A stretch of 60,972 nucleotides of DNA, counting the filler. It is 4 parts of 4 records of this genome, joined end to end, with 100 filler letters (N's around TTAATTAATTAA, not from the genome) between each part and the next. Parts side by side here need not be neighbours in the genome. Positions count along the whole stretch, not along the records: positions 30,407 to 43,297 come from SRR31156797_7320; positions 43,398 to 51,466 come from SRR31156797_7326; 2 more parts are not named here. One strand, 5' to 3'. Below the pieces are notes generated by a model. It was not told where the DNA came from, made no database searches, and worked only from the letters and a program-made list of their open reading frames with translations. Within the stretch, counting starts at the first letter, position 1. Each line of letters begins with the position of its first letter. Shown here in pieces: positions 40,079 to 49,319 of the stretch. The position numbers and the translations under genes are program-made.

Positions 40079-41407
40079 TTAGTTTTCTGACTCCGGTTCA
40101 TCCTTTAATTTCTCAACAACGAGAACCACGCCATCTTTTTCCAGAATCTTCACCTTGTCTCCTTCTTCTATTATCTCAGACGAGCGTGCTTTCCAGTGCT
40201 GTCCACGGTGCAGTATATAGCCTTCCTTTTCATTACTGATTGGATCAAGGGCCTGCCCGATATCACCAACCAGTTCACCAAAAAGAGGCCTTTGCCTCCT
40301 GATCTCAAACACCTTATAGATGACAAAAATCAGGAAAAAGCCAAGTACAATCGTAGGAGCAGATACCGATAGTATAAGAGTTCTCTGGAACTCGGCAGGC
40401 GTGTAGTTCTGCGGGAAATCCGTAGGCGCAAGAAGTACACTTCCGGCAATTATGCATATCAAACCCACTATTCCAAAAACACCAAACCCAGGCGCCTGGA
40501 ATTCCAGAACCATAAGGATAACACCCACAATGATCAAAAATAGGGCGCCGATGTTTACATCGAAACCGGTACCAATAAGTCCAAGAGCAATTGCAACAAC
40601 TCCGAAGAGTTCAGCACCAAATCCGGGATTTGAAATACCAAGTATTATGGCATAGACTCCAAGAAGCAGGAGCAATGAGGAGACTATTGGATTTGATATG
40701 ATACCCAGGAAAGCAAGTTTAAGAGATGGCTCATAGTATGTAATATCCGCACCATCAGTGTTAAGAGTCCTGTCCTTAATTACCTCACCATCAATCTGGG
40801 ACAAAAGATCATCTATTGACGGGGCAACATACTCAATAACACCATATTCAAGAGCTGTATCGGCATCAAGATTCAGGTTCTCCGTAATAAACTCCTCTGC
40901 TGCAGTCTGGTTACGGCCGTGTTGTTTTGCATTTTCCGTTGCCCTTTTCACAAGAGCATTGACAATCTTCGCATCCTCAACAGGTTCACTCCCACTGGCA
41001 GTCACGGTGACAGGCTGTGCCGACCCGATAATAGTGAAGGGAGCCATAGCTGCCACATCAGTGCTTATGAGAATAAGCGTACCAGCAGACCACGCCTTTG
41101 TCCCTTCGGGGTAGACATACCCGACCACAGGTACATCTGTTGCTGAAATTTGTTCTATTATACTGAGAGTTTCTTCCAGGTTTCCACCGGGAGTATTAAG
41201 AGTGATAACCAGAGCTTCATAATCATCTTTTTCTGCAAACGCAATGGCATCAACTACAATATCATCTGTTACCGGAGTGATGGAATCAGATATCTCAAGA
41301 ACCAGCACTTTTTGCTCTTCGGCAGCACACGCCAGACATGTGAACTGGGACAGGAGCAAAATAAAAAAAAGAAAAGTGCTCAGGTATGACCGGCACTTAG
41401 GCATCAT
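40079..41407 (-). CDS. nfeD: NfeD-family membrane-bound serine protease
   Basis: LNTPGG, AWSAG, MAPxTxIGSAQP, TM region, C-terminal OB (GQHWKARS); SD AGGAGG before ATG 41407. Confidence 0.9.
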   Translation of the reverse strand: MMPKCRSYLSTFLFFILLLSQFTCLACAAEEQKVLVLEISDSITPVTDDIVVDAIAFAEKDDYEALVITLNTPGGNLEETLSIIEQISATDVPVVGYVYPEGTKAWSAGTLILISTDVAAMAPFTIIGSAQPVTVTASGSEPVEDAKIVNALVKRATENAKQHGRNQTAAEEFITENLNLDADTALEYGVIEYVAPSIDDLLSQIDGEVIKDRTLNTDGADITYYEPSLKLAFLGIISNPIVSSLLLLLGVYAIILGISNPGFGAELFGVVAIALGLIGTGFDVNIGALFLIIVGVILMVLEFQAPGFGVFGIVGLICIIAGSVLLAPTDFPQNYTPAEFQRTLILSVSAPTIVLGFFLIFVIYKVFEIRRQRPLFGELVGDIGQALDPISNEKEGYILHRGQHWKARSSEIIEEGDKVKILEKDGVVLVVEKLKDEPESEN

Positions 41408-41418
41408 GTTTCCTCCTT

Positions 41419-42183
41419 TCACTCTTTCTGAGTGAAGGCTTTAGAAAGGGCTGCAACTTCTCCAACGTTGGTTGAGTTGGCCACGACAATCATATTCCTT
41501 TCCCTTGCTATTTCGGCATATGTTTGCAGTTCCCTGAGTTTGATTGCAACCGGCACTTCCTCGTAAAGATGGGCAGCATCTTTCATCTTTGTAGCGGCAA
41601 TGAACTCACCCTCTGCAAGTATGATACGGGATCGCTTTTCACGCTCTGCTTCTGCCTGCTTTGCAATTGCACGCAGCATTGTATCATCAATACTGACATC
41701 TCTTAAAGTAACACTCGTAACCTTGATACCCCAAGGGTCTGTGGAACTATCCAGTGATTCCTGAATGTCCCTGTTGATATCATCTCTTTTTGAAAGTACG
41801 TCATCAAGGTCTGTCTGACCGATAACATCACGCAATGTTGTCTGCGAAAGCATGGCTGTAGCATACTTGAAGTTCTCAACCTCATTGACCGCCTTTGAAG
41901 GGTCAATTACCTGATAATAGACAACAGCATCAACAGCAACCGTTACATTATCTTTTGTAATGACAGCCTGCTTGGGCACGTCAATGGTGACAACACGCAG
42001 GTCAATCTTCACAACAGTATCAATTATAGGGATGATAAGGAACAGTCCCGGGCCTTTTATCCCACTCAGTCTTCCAAGACGGAATATTACTACACGTTCA
42101 TATTCATTCACTATTTTAATAGCCTTAGACAGGATAAAAACTGCCAGTACTGCTAAAGGTAAAAGTAAATCAAACAAAGCCAT
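41419..42183 (-). CDS. SPFH/stomatin (slipin) family protein
   Basis: EYERVVIFRLGR, TKDNVTVAVDAVVY, QTTLRDVIG, QAEAERE; paired with nfeD. Confidence 0.93.
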   Translation of the reverse strand: MALFDLLLPLAVLAVFILSKAIKIVNEYERVVIFRLGRLSGIKGPGLFLIIPIIDTVVKIDLRVVTIDVPKQAVITKDNVTVAVDAVVYYQVIDPSKAVNEVENFKYATAMLSQTTLRDVIGQTDLDDVLSKRDDINRDIQESLDSSTDPWGIKVTSVTLRDVSIDDTMLRAIAKQAEAEREKRSRIILAEGEFIAATKMKDAAHLYEEVPVAIKLRELQTYAEIARERNMIVVANSTNVGEVAALSKAFTQKE

Positions 42184-42320
42184 AATTAACCACTCTCCTG
42201 ATGGAATTTATATACGCTTTATATAAAGCTGCTACTTATTAAAAATATACCGGTGATTGATATGAAATAATCGAGGGTAGAGGAAAGATAATATCAAAAA
42301 GAGATGAAATTTTTATAGAA

Positions 42321-42404
42321 GGCTGGGTCTGAATTTTGTTTGAGGGGATGTACACGAAAGCATGAAAGCAGTTGTTATTATTGAAATAACATTTCAGACC
42401 CAAC
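42321..42404 (-). ncRNA. Candidate archaeal small RNA
   Basis: Closing stem G(C/T)TGGGTCTGAA/TTCAGACCCAAC, inner hairpin, minus-strand CCCCTC tract, TATA-like TTAATAAA about 25 nt upstream on the minus strand. Confidence 0.35.
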
Positions 42405-42591
42405 AAATAATAGAACTCGTTAATCGTTTATTAATGTGATTGATTTTGATGTTGATAATTTCAAACAATTTTTCAAAAACGTATTCAAGAGAAGAATATA
42501 AAAACCAGACATATAAATATTTCTTCACATTATTGCTCATTGCAGTAAGCAAACACATAAATCCAACATCTACTATTTAAGAGTAGATACA

Positions 42592-43297
42592 ATGAGCGAG
42601 AAATGTATAGAATGCAGCGGGAAAGGATACAGTGTTACCGGCACATCCAAATGTCCTGAATGCAAAGGGACCGGGAAGTCAAAATCCGTAGACCTCATGA
42701 AGCTTTCAGAGAAGGATATGGCTAATTTTTTGAAAAATGGATCTTCCTGCAAGAACTGTGGAGGAAGCGGGGAAGTGGAAAACAAGGAGACATGCACTGC
42801 ATGCTCTGGAAAAGGTGCATTTTATAAATGCAAGATCTGCGGAAACGAGATGGATGGACTCTATCAGGGCAACGAGGTCTGCCAGCCCTGCGCAAAGAAA
42901 CAGATAGTCTACAGGCTTGATAATTCATGCACCCTGGACGAACTTGAAATTGGGAAAATGTATCATTCAGTTGTCAGGAATATCGCTGATTTCGGGGTTT
43001 TTGTTGACCTTAACTCAAATCTCAGGGGACTAATACATACCAGCAATATGGCGGGACCTCTTGAAGTGGGCGAAGCTGTGATAGTAAGCCTTAAGGAGAT
43101 AAAGCCAAGGGGAAAAATGGACCTTGTGCCACGTAAGCTGAAAGAATACCAGACAATAGAACTTGAAAAGGACCTGCCGCTTAAAATGGCAAGTGAAATG
43201 CCAAAGATGGTCGGCCAGAAAGTGAAAGTGGAAGGAGAAGTCATACAGGTCAAGCAGACAGCAGGACCTACTATTTTCACAATTGCAGATGAAACCG
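42592..43297 (+). CDS. Archaeal RecJ-like DHH exonuclease with DnaJ-type Zn fingers and S1 domain, cut by contig end
   Basis: Four CxxCxGxG repeats, S1 motif FGVFVDL...GLIH, QTAGPTIFTIADET. Confidence 0.85.
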
Positions 43298-43397
43298 NNN
43301 NNNNNNNNNNNNNNNNNNNNNNNNNNNNNNNNNNNNNNNNNTTAATTAATTAANNNNNNNNNNNNNNNNNNNNNNNNNNNNNNNNNNNNNNNNNNNN
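43298..43397. other. Artificial contig linker
   Basis: N44-TTAATTAATTAA-N44. Confidence 0.98.
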
Positions 43398-43636
43398 TCA
43401 TGCCTTTAGATTTTGCCACATCTCCGACACCTTTACCGGCGCCATTATTCTGGTAAGATTACTTTGAGATGGCTTGTACTTTCAGAGCGGACTGCGAGAC
43501 TTCAGTTTTTAACTTTAAACTTGACTAAACCAAGAGAAAGTGAATTATTACGCAGATAACTGATAGAAATTTTCATCCGACTTCATTCATCATGATGCCG
43601 TAAACTCAGGTTCTATAAATGGAGACTTTATTTTAT

Positions 43637-46162
43637 ATGGGTAATCATAAAAAAGGACTTTCAAGGCGGTCTTTTCTAAAAGCAGCCTCTGCAATGACCG
43701 CAACTGCTGTTTCAACCCAGCTTACAACGAATGCAGATGCTGCCCCTTTAAGGGTTCCCAGTGCTGAATACGGCAGAGAAAAAAAAGTGCCGGTGCTCTG
43801 CCAGATGTGCTTTCAATTATGTCCTGCCAATGCCTATGTTAAAGACGATAAAGTAATCCGTCTGGAGGCCAGCCCTGTGCATGAATACAAAGGTATCTGC
43901 GGCCGTTCCCGGGCAGCGGTGGGTGCCTTGTACAGCGATGACCGGATCACAACCCCGCTGATCCGGACCGGTGATAGGGGAGAAGGCGCTTTTCGAAAAG
44001 CAACCTGGAAAGAGGCCCTGGACATGGTGGGACAAAAACTGAAAACACTCAGGGATGATGGAGAACCTGAAAAAGCGGTGCTGTTTTCACGGTTTTCATC
44101 AGCACTGGTCTGGGATTACAAATTTTTTGATCTTTTTGGAACGCCCAATATTGTCGGATATGGTGACACCTGTTTTAATGTGGTTTCCAAAAGCAGTCAG
44201 GCCATTTTAGGATTCGGCGGGCCCGGTGCGCACTCAAGCGACTATGAAAATGCAGATTATGGGTTGATTGTCGGAAAAAACCTTGGCGGCGCCATCATCC
44301 CCCACGGATGGGGAGCACAATTCGGCAAAGGCCTCAGACGGGGGCTGCCCATGACAATCGTAGATCCTAGGCGGCCAAATGAGATGGCCCAGTCCTATGC
44401 CGAGTGGCTGCCTGTCCGTCCAGGAACCGATGTTGCATTTCTTATGGGTGTGCTGCATTTTGTGTTTAAGAAAAATTATGTGAACATGCCCTATCAGGCC
44501 AAGACCAACCTGGATGCCCTGGTAGACCCGGATACCCTGCTTCCCGTATTTTTGGATCAGAAAAGTACCCCCAATGATTACCTTGTGTATGATACAGAAA
44601 CCAAGTCCTTTGTTATGTCCCGTAAGGCCGACGCTCCCGCCTATGAAGGCCGGTTTGAGTATGAGGGCAAGCAGGTGGTGCCGGCCATGGAGCTGCTTAA
44701 AAAAAGTGCCGTGGATCTTGATCCGTTAGAATTGTCAGAGATATGCAGCATCCCTGTGGATAAGATGGAAGGGGTTGCAGGCAAGCTTTCGGCAGCCGCG
44801 CCAAAGGCCTTTGTGGAAATCGGTTACCGGTTTACCCGCCATACAACAGATTTCAGAGCCCAGCTCTGTGTACATATGCTCAACCTGCTGCTGGGGCTTT
44901 ACAATGTTAAAGGCGGGGTACTGTTAAACCGTAATCCCCAACTAGGGGGACTTCCAGTGGATTTCCCCACCCCCGATCCCACGAAAAGTATCCTGTATCA
45001 CCAGAATGCAACCGAACCCGGACGCTGGTGTGCTGACGATAAAGAGGGACGCTCCGGTATCGTTCGGTCTATTCTGGAAGGCAAACCCTATAAACCCAGA
45101 CTCCTTTTTTTCTGGGGACAGGATCTTGTGGGCGGCACCGCCGGGGGGAAGGATATCACCGATGCCATGAAAGAAGTGGAAACCATCGTTGCTGTTTCTC
45201 CTTTCTGGCAGGATAGTGTCATGTATGCAGATGTGATCCTGCCGGGATGCACTTTTCTAGAACAGGATCAGCCCCTGTATACCGGTTACAAATCCCTGAT
45301 CCCCGTTGTCGGTGTCAACCGAAAGGCTGTGGACCCGGTTATGGGAAGCAGGGACGGATATTGGATCCTGTGCCAGATCGCCAAACGTGTACTCAGCAGG
45401 GATGAGTACAATCAACATTTTCTTTCCCTTGAAAAAGAAGGAATGCGTCCCACATGGGAAAGCCAGTTCTCAGGCATCAAAGGACTGACCAAAAAAGAGT
45501 TGGAAACGCTGCCCCAAACCCTTGACGACCTTCTTGCACACGGCAGCTGGGGAACCTGGAGAATTGAGGCTGAGGCGCCCCCCAAAACCGCGACCGGGAA
45601 ATATGAGGCTTACAGTTTCTGGCTGGCTGAAAAATATGAAATGCTGAAAAGAAAATACCCTGATTATAAAGACAGGGCACATGCATCTCCGCTTTTGGTC
45701 AATCTAAAACCGGACTGGATGCATCAAAAACAAAAATTGGCCAAAGACGAGTTTATCCCAGCGTCAGGCTTTACCCCACTGTCTTCCTTTACCGGAGCAC
45801 AGGCGAGAAACAACCCGATTCTGGTCTCTTTGCACCGCAAAATGAAGTATGCCAATCTCTTTATCAACACGCAAAGGGCCCGAGCGCTGGAGTTGCGTGA
45901 AGGCGATTTTGTGGATGTTTATATGGAAGATTATCCGGATGAAACACAGCGCGCAAGGGTCTCTGTCAGTCGTACGGTCCATCCGGATGTGCTGTTTCAT
46001 TATCACGGCCTTGGCAAAGGCCGGATCCGGACCCCTGAAAAGATGCGTTATGCCAAGCAGATCGGCCTGAACCTGAATCACTTCGGCAGACTCAGGTTCT
46101 CACCAGGTGTGGCAGGGCATGTCCCCCAGGATATTATTCTTAAAATCAAAAAGGTGTCATAA
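43637..46162 (+). CDS. Tat-exported molybdopterin oxidoreductase catalytic subunit (PsrA/PhsA-like)
   Basis: SRRSFLK Tat motif, CQMCFQLC...C Fe-S motif, GTPN..GDTC, VRPGTD, ADVILP; SD GGAGA before ATG 43637. Confidence 0.9.
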   Translation: MGNHKKGLSRRSFLKAASAMTATAVSTQLTTNADAAPLRVPSAEYGREKKVPVLCQMCFQLCPANAYVKDDKVIRLEASPVHEYKGICGRSRAAVGALYSDDRITTPLIRTGDRGEGAFRKATWKEALDMVGQKLKTLRDDGEPEKAVLFSRFSSALVWDYKFFDLFGTPNIVGYGDTCFNVVSKSSQAILGFGGPGAHSSDYENADYGLIVGKNLGGAIIPHGWGAQFGKGLRRGLPMTIVDPRRPNEMAQSYAEWLPVRPGTDVAFLMGVLHFVFKKNYVNMPYQAKTNLDALVDPDTLLPVFLDQKSTPNDYLVYDTETKSFVMSRKADAPAYEGRFEYEGKQVVPAMELLKKSAVDLDPLELSEICSIPVDKMEGVAGKLSAAAPKAFVEIGYRFTRHTTDFRAQLCVHMLNLLLGLYNVKGGVLLNRNPQLGGLPVDFPTPDPTKSILYHQNATEPGRWCADDKEGRSGIVRSILEGKPYKPRLLFFWGQDLVGGTAGGKDITDAMKEVETIVAVSPFWQDSVMYADVILPGCTFLEQDQPLYTGYKSLIPVVGVNRKAVDPVMGSRDGYWILCQIAKRVLSRDEYNQHFLSLEKEGMRPTWESQFSGIKGLTKKELETLPQTLDDLLAHGSWGTWRIEAEAPPKTATGKYEAYSFWLAEKYEMLKRKYPDYKDRAHASPLLVNLKPDWMHQKQKLAKDEFIPASGFTPLSSFTGAQARNNPILVSLHRKMKYANLFINTQRARALELREGDFVDVYMEDYPDETQRARVSVSRTVHPDVLFHYHGLGKGRIRTPEKMRYAKQIGLNLNHFGRLRFSPGVAGHVPQDIILKIKKVS

Positions 46163-46983
46163 TGCGATATTTGAATTTGTATGACAGTCTGAGTTGCATG
46201 AACTGTGCTGCCTGCATGAGCGCCTGCTCTGCAGAAAACAGGATGCGTCTGGAGCGGGATGAAAACCTGGACATCACCCGGGGGGTCAACCAGTTTCTGT
46301 ACGGTTCTTATTACCTGAGGCCCGAACGAATTGAGGTCGGAGAGTATCCCGATTCCCGCCTTCTGGTGGGCTTTCACCACTGCCGCCACTGCCAAACAGC
46401 AGGCTGTCTGGATAATTGCCCTGCCAATGCAATTGAACGGCGGCCAGGCGGTCAGGTGGTCATCAATGATTCGATTTGTATCGGTTGCCGGACCTGTCTG
46501 GATGCCTGCCCATATGATGTCCCTTTTTATGATGACCAGTCCGGTACAGCTAAAAAATGCATCGGCTGTTATGACCGGGTCGAGTCCGGCCTGACACCGG
46601 CCTGTGTCAGCGCCTGCATGACTGGCGCACTGATTTGGGGACCAGAAGAAGTGGTCATAGCCCAAGGGGAAGAACGGATCGCTCAATATTCCAAACGGTT
46701 TGAAAAAGAGTTTATCCTCTACGGAAAAGAGGCCGTAAATACCTCTGTCGGACGGTTGGGATGGCTGACCATCGCTGCCAGGGAAGATGCACCCTATTAC
46801 CTGCTCAAAAAGGATCCTGCCAAACCCATGATGCAAGCAAGAAATGCCGTCAGGACCGCCGGTGTCGTAGGTGCTGCCGGTGCAGTGGCCGGGGCAGCCC
46901 TGCACGGGTTGTATCTATTGATCAAACGAAAAGATAAGATTCAAGCGGCAGAGGGTAAAAAAGGGGAGGTTTCCAATGACTGA
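46162..46983 (+). CDS. 4x[4Fe-4S] electron-transfer subunit with C-terminal membrane helix (FdnH-like)
   Basis: CMNCAACMSAC, CRHC..GC...CP, CIGCRTCLDACP, KCIGC..R...PACVSAC; C-terminal hydrophobic helix. Confidence 0.9.
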   Translation: MRYLNLYDSLSCMNCAACMSACSAENRMRLERDENLDITRGVNQFLYGSYYLRPERIEVGEYPDSRLLVGFHHCRHCQTAGCLDNCPANAIERRPGGQVVINDSICIGCRTCLDACPYDVPFYDDQSGTAKKCIGCYDRVESGLTPACVSACMTGALIWGPEEVVIAQGEERIAQYSKRFEKEFILYGKEAVNTSVGRLGWLTIAAREDAPYYLLKKDPAKPMMQARNAVRTAGVVGAAGAVAGAALHGLYLLIKRKDKIQAAEGKKGEVSND

Positions 46984-47725
46984 TCAGCCACATAAGGTTC
47001 TAGCCTTCACACGGATGCAACGGTCCTTTCACAATCATCTGATCCATTTTATGGTTATGTTTTTTATCACTGGGCTGCCGCTTTTTTCATCCAGCTTCAA
47101 CTTCATCGGCCATTTATTTGCACTGCCTTTTGACTTTCTGGGAACAACTTTTCCGGCCCTGGCAGCTTCCGGGATACTACCGGATGAGCGATTGGCTTTA
47201 GGGCTCCAGGTCTGTAGAGTGATTCATCGTATCACAGCTTTTTTTTTCGTGATAATGTCTTTGCCTTTTGTTGTGGCGGAACTTGCAAAAATTAAAGACT
47301 GGGCAATTTGGCCCGAGTACAGCTGGAATCCTGCAAGTCTTCTTGACGGGGTCAAAGGGTTGTGGATTAATTACGTTGCATTGGGGCACGCAAAATTCGG
47401 TAAATTCAACGTCGGCCAAAAACTTTTTGCCTGGGCCATGATTGCAGCAATAACAGCGATTACGTTCAGTGGTTTTGTTTTAATGTTCAGGGGAATGTTC
47501 TCACAGGACATGCAGGAGTTGTGCAGGTTTCTACATGCCGCAAGTTTTGTGGTCATCGCTGTGTTTATGGTAATACACATATACCTGGCCCTTCTTCCCA
47601 TGAATCGTCAGGCCCGAAATGCCATGTTTGATGACGGATATCTGCCTTTGGATTATGTAAAAAGTCATCATTCAATCTGGTATGAGAAACTTCGCAAAAA
47701 AAAGCAAAGGCAAGGTGAGCTTTAA
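46976..47725 (+). CDS. Di-haem cytochrome b membrane anchor (FdnI/PhsC-like)
   Basis: RSFH, IHR, KFNVGQK, FLH, IHIY, terminal HHSIWY. Confidence 0.88.
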   Translation: MTDQPHKVLAFTRMQRSFHNHLIHFMVMFFITGLPLFSSSFNFIGHLFALPFDFLGTTFPALAASGILPDERLALGLQVCRVIHRITAFFFVIMSLPFVVAELAKIKDWAIWPEYSWNPASLLDGVKGLWINYVALGHAKFGKFNVGQKLFAWAMIAAITAITFSGFVLMFRGMFSQDMQELCRFLHAASFVVIAVFMVIHIYLALLPMNRQARNAMFDDGYLPLDYVKSHHSIWYEKLRKKKQRQGEL

Positions 47726-47763
47726 TATAAAGTTTCATCGGCGCTGATTTCAGAAGAGGCAGA

Positions 47764-47800
47764 ACTATGTTTTTTTGTGTTTAATGAACAAAGAGAAAAA
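47764..47800 (+). repeat. 37-bp near-perfect copy of 49514-49550
   Basis: ACTATGTT(T/C)TTTTGTGTTTAATGAACAAAGAGAAAAA, 36/37 identical. Confidence 0.9.
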
Positions 47801-47849
47801 AATAGGGGACAGACCACGTTTTATTCAAAATTGTGAGCTGTCTCTTATT
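47801..47849. repeat. Degenerate REP-like palindrome
   Basis: AATAGGGGACAGACCACGTTTT...AAAATTGTGAGCTGTCTCTTATT imperfect inverted repeat. Confidence 0.5.
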
Positions 47850-48149
47850 ATTGTGAAGAAAGATGGTCTCGGAGCATTGCAGTTGGAAGCAGAGAATATA
47901 TTTAAAACATACAGACTAAACTCGGCGTATAAGAGATTCACCGTAAAATACATGAAAGTAAGGGCAGTTTTGAACTTTGGGAGGAACAGATCCCTTACAC
48001 GGCTGCTTTGGTACTGAAAACGAAAGGCTAAGGCAGGAAAATACCTATAAATGGGACTTTTTTTAGATTTTAACAGGTGGTTACGTGGGCCCGACCCAAC
48101 CCCATCCAATGTCGCTACCCTATTCCTCAAAGATTCTGGCTCTTTGCGA

Positions 48150-48238
48150 TTTTAACGACCTAAATTACTTGCCGCCCACGGACTATACCCCACAGGGCCG
48201 CAAGCGTTCTATCGGGCAAGTGAATTTTTTTGTTAGCG
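48150..48238 (-). mobile_element. Putative integron attC site
   Basis: Minus strand CGCTAAC-N5-AATT(C)ACT...AGTAATT-N6-GTTAAAA, 89 bp, starting 4 nt after the DoxX-like stop codon. Confidence 0.6.
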
Positions 48239-48242
48239 GTTT

Positions 48243-48689
48243 TTATTTCGATATATCCTGCATTGAATCTTTTTCATTATGAACGGTTCCGGCAATTGCG
48301 ATGCCGGCAAAAAGAATTGCGATGTCTTTTATCAAATATTGACCTTCCGGGCTCGGCACAAAGGGTATTTGGACAAAACATACTTCAGGGTGCATAAGAA
48401 ACGCCAATATAGTCCCGGGGATTCGTATAAGCTGTAGTATGATTGAATACTTAACCCAAGGAATATAGATGAGACAGATTCCAATTGCAACCTCCCACCA
48501 CCCTAAAACAGGTAGGACAAACTCTGGAGGGAAAAAATATATTGTATGAGCAAGGAGAGAAGTTGTTGTCTTTGCTCCAAATGGCTTAAGAAGGCCATAC
48601 CAAATAAAAATGAGCCCTAATGAAAGGCGATGGGCCTTGTGGCCATATTTATTAAATGCACGAAATATTTTCTGGTCAATATCGGTCAT
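48243..48689 (-). CDS. DoxX/YkgB-like membrane protein
   Basis: RLSLGLIFIWYGLLK, LGWWEVAIG, EGQYLIKD. Confidence 0.75.
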   Translation of the reverse strand: MTDIDQKIFRAFNKYGHKAHRLSLGLIFIWYGLLKPFGAKTTTSLLAHTIYFFPPEFVLPVLGWWEVAIGICLIYIPWVKYSIILQLIRIPGTILAFLMHPEVCFVQIPFVPSPEGQYLIKDIAILFAGIAIAGTVHNEKDSMQDISK

Positions 48690-49319
48690 TTTTTTTTACC
48701 GCATTTGGGCATCCTTCATTCTCCGCTTTACACTTTTCATGGAGCAAAGTGGATTTTAAAACCAGAAAGTTAGAAATTTAAAAAATAATTATGATCAAAT
48801 TTCCTGGTAATGTATTTTAGAGTTTTACAAAAACCAAATGCATTGGAGGGAATATGCTGCTCATAAATAAAGCCAATTTAGCAAAATCCGCTTCTATAAG
48901 AAAGCAATTTCATCGCCGAAAAGATCTGACGGCAAAGATTCGAATGCAGATTGCCATCAGTGCATAATTAGCTCAAAGTCTCTAATTGGCTCCAGTGCCA
49001 GTGGGCCTCCAGTGGGTCGGGGTCATGTAATTAATTGTAATTATGGTTGATTTTATAAAAGATATGTCCTGTTTTGATCTTAGAGTCACTTTTTGGAAGG
49101 TATAATCGTGGTTTTAACAAACAAGTGAGTACACTTTAATATCGAGCTAAAGCCTGTGTCCAATCTTTCGGTGTAGGATTACTTGACAGGGGTAAAGAAT
49201 TTGGGCATCTATTATTAAGCTCGGTAGCATAGAAACCATCCTAAACTGATAATAATTCCTTTGACATTTACTGAAAATCTGTTTCAAGAGATCTGCCAGC
49301 CAATTAAGGAGGCTTCAAA

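Noticed and set aside
43637..46162. Formate dehydrogenase (FdnG) call suggested by the FdnH/FdnI-like partners
   Set aside because: The catalytic subunit lacks the (Cys/Sec)-His active-site pair and has no in-frame TGA.
46078..46905. 275-aa ORF on the - strand
   Set aside because: Antisense shadow of the Fe-S subunit gene.
48066..48156. Two GATTTTAAC copies matching the first 9 nt of the CRISPR repeat in segment 4
   Set aside because: Only 9 nt, on a different contig and organism, with no repeat-spacer periodicity; one copy is explained as the attC R' box.
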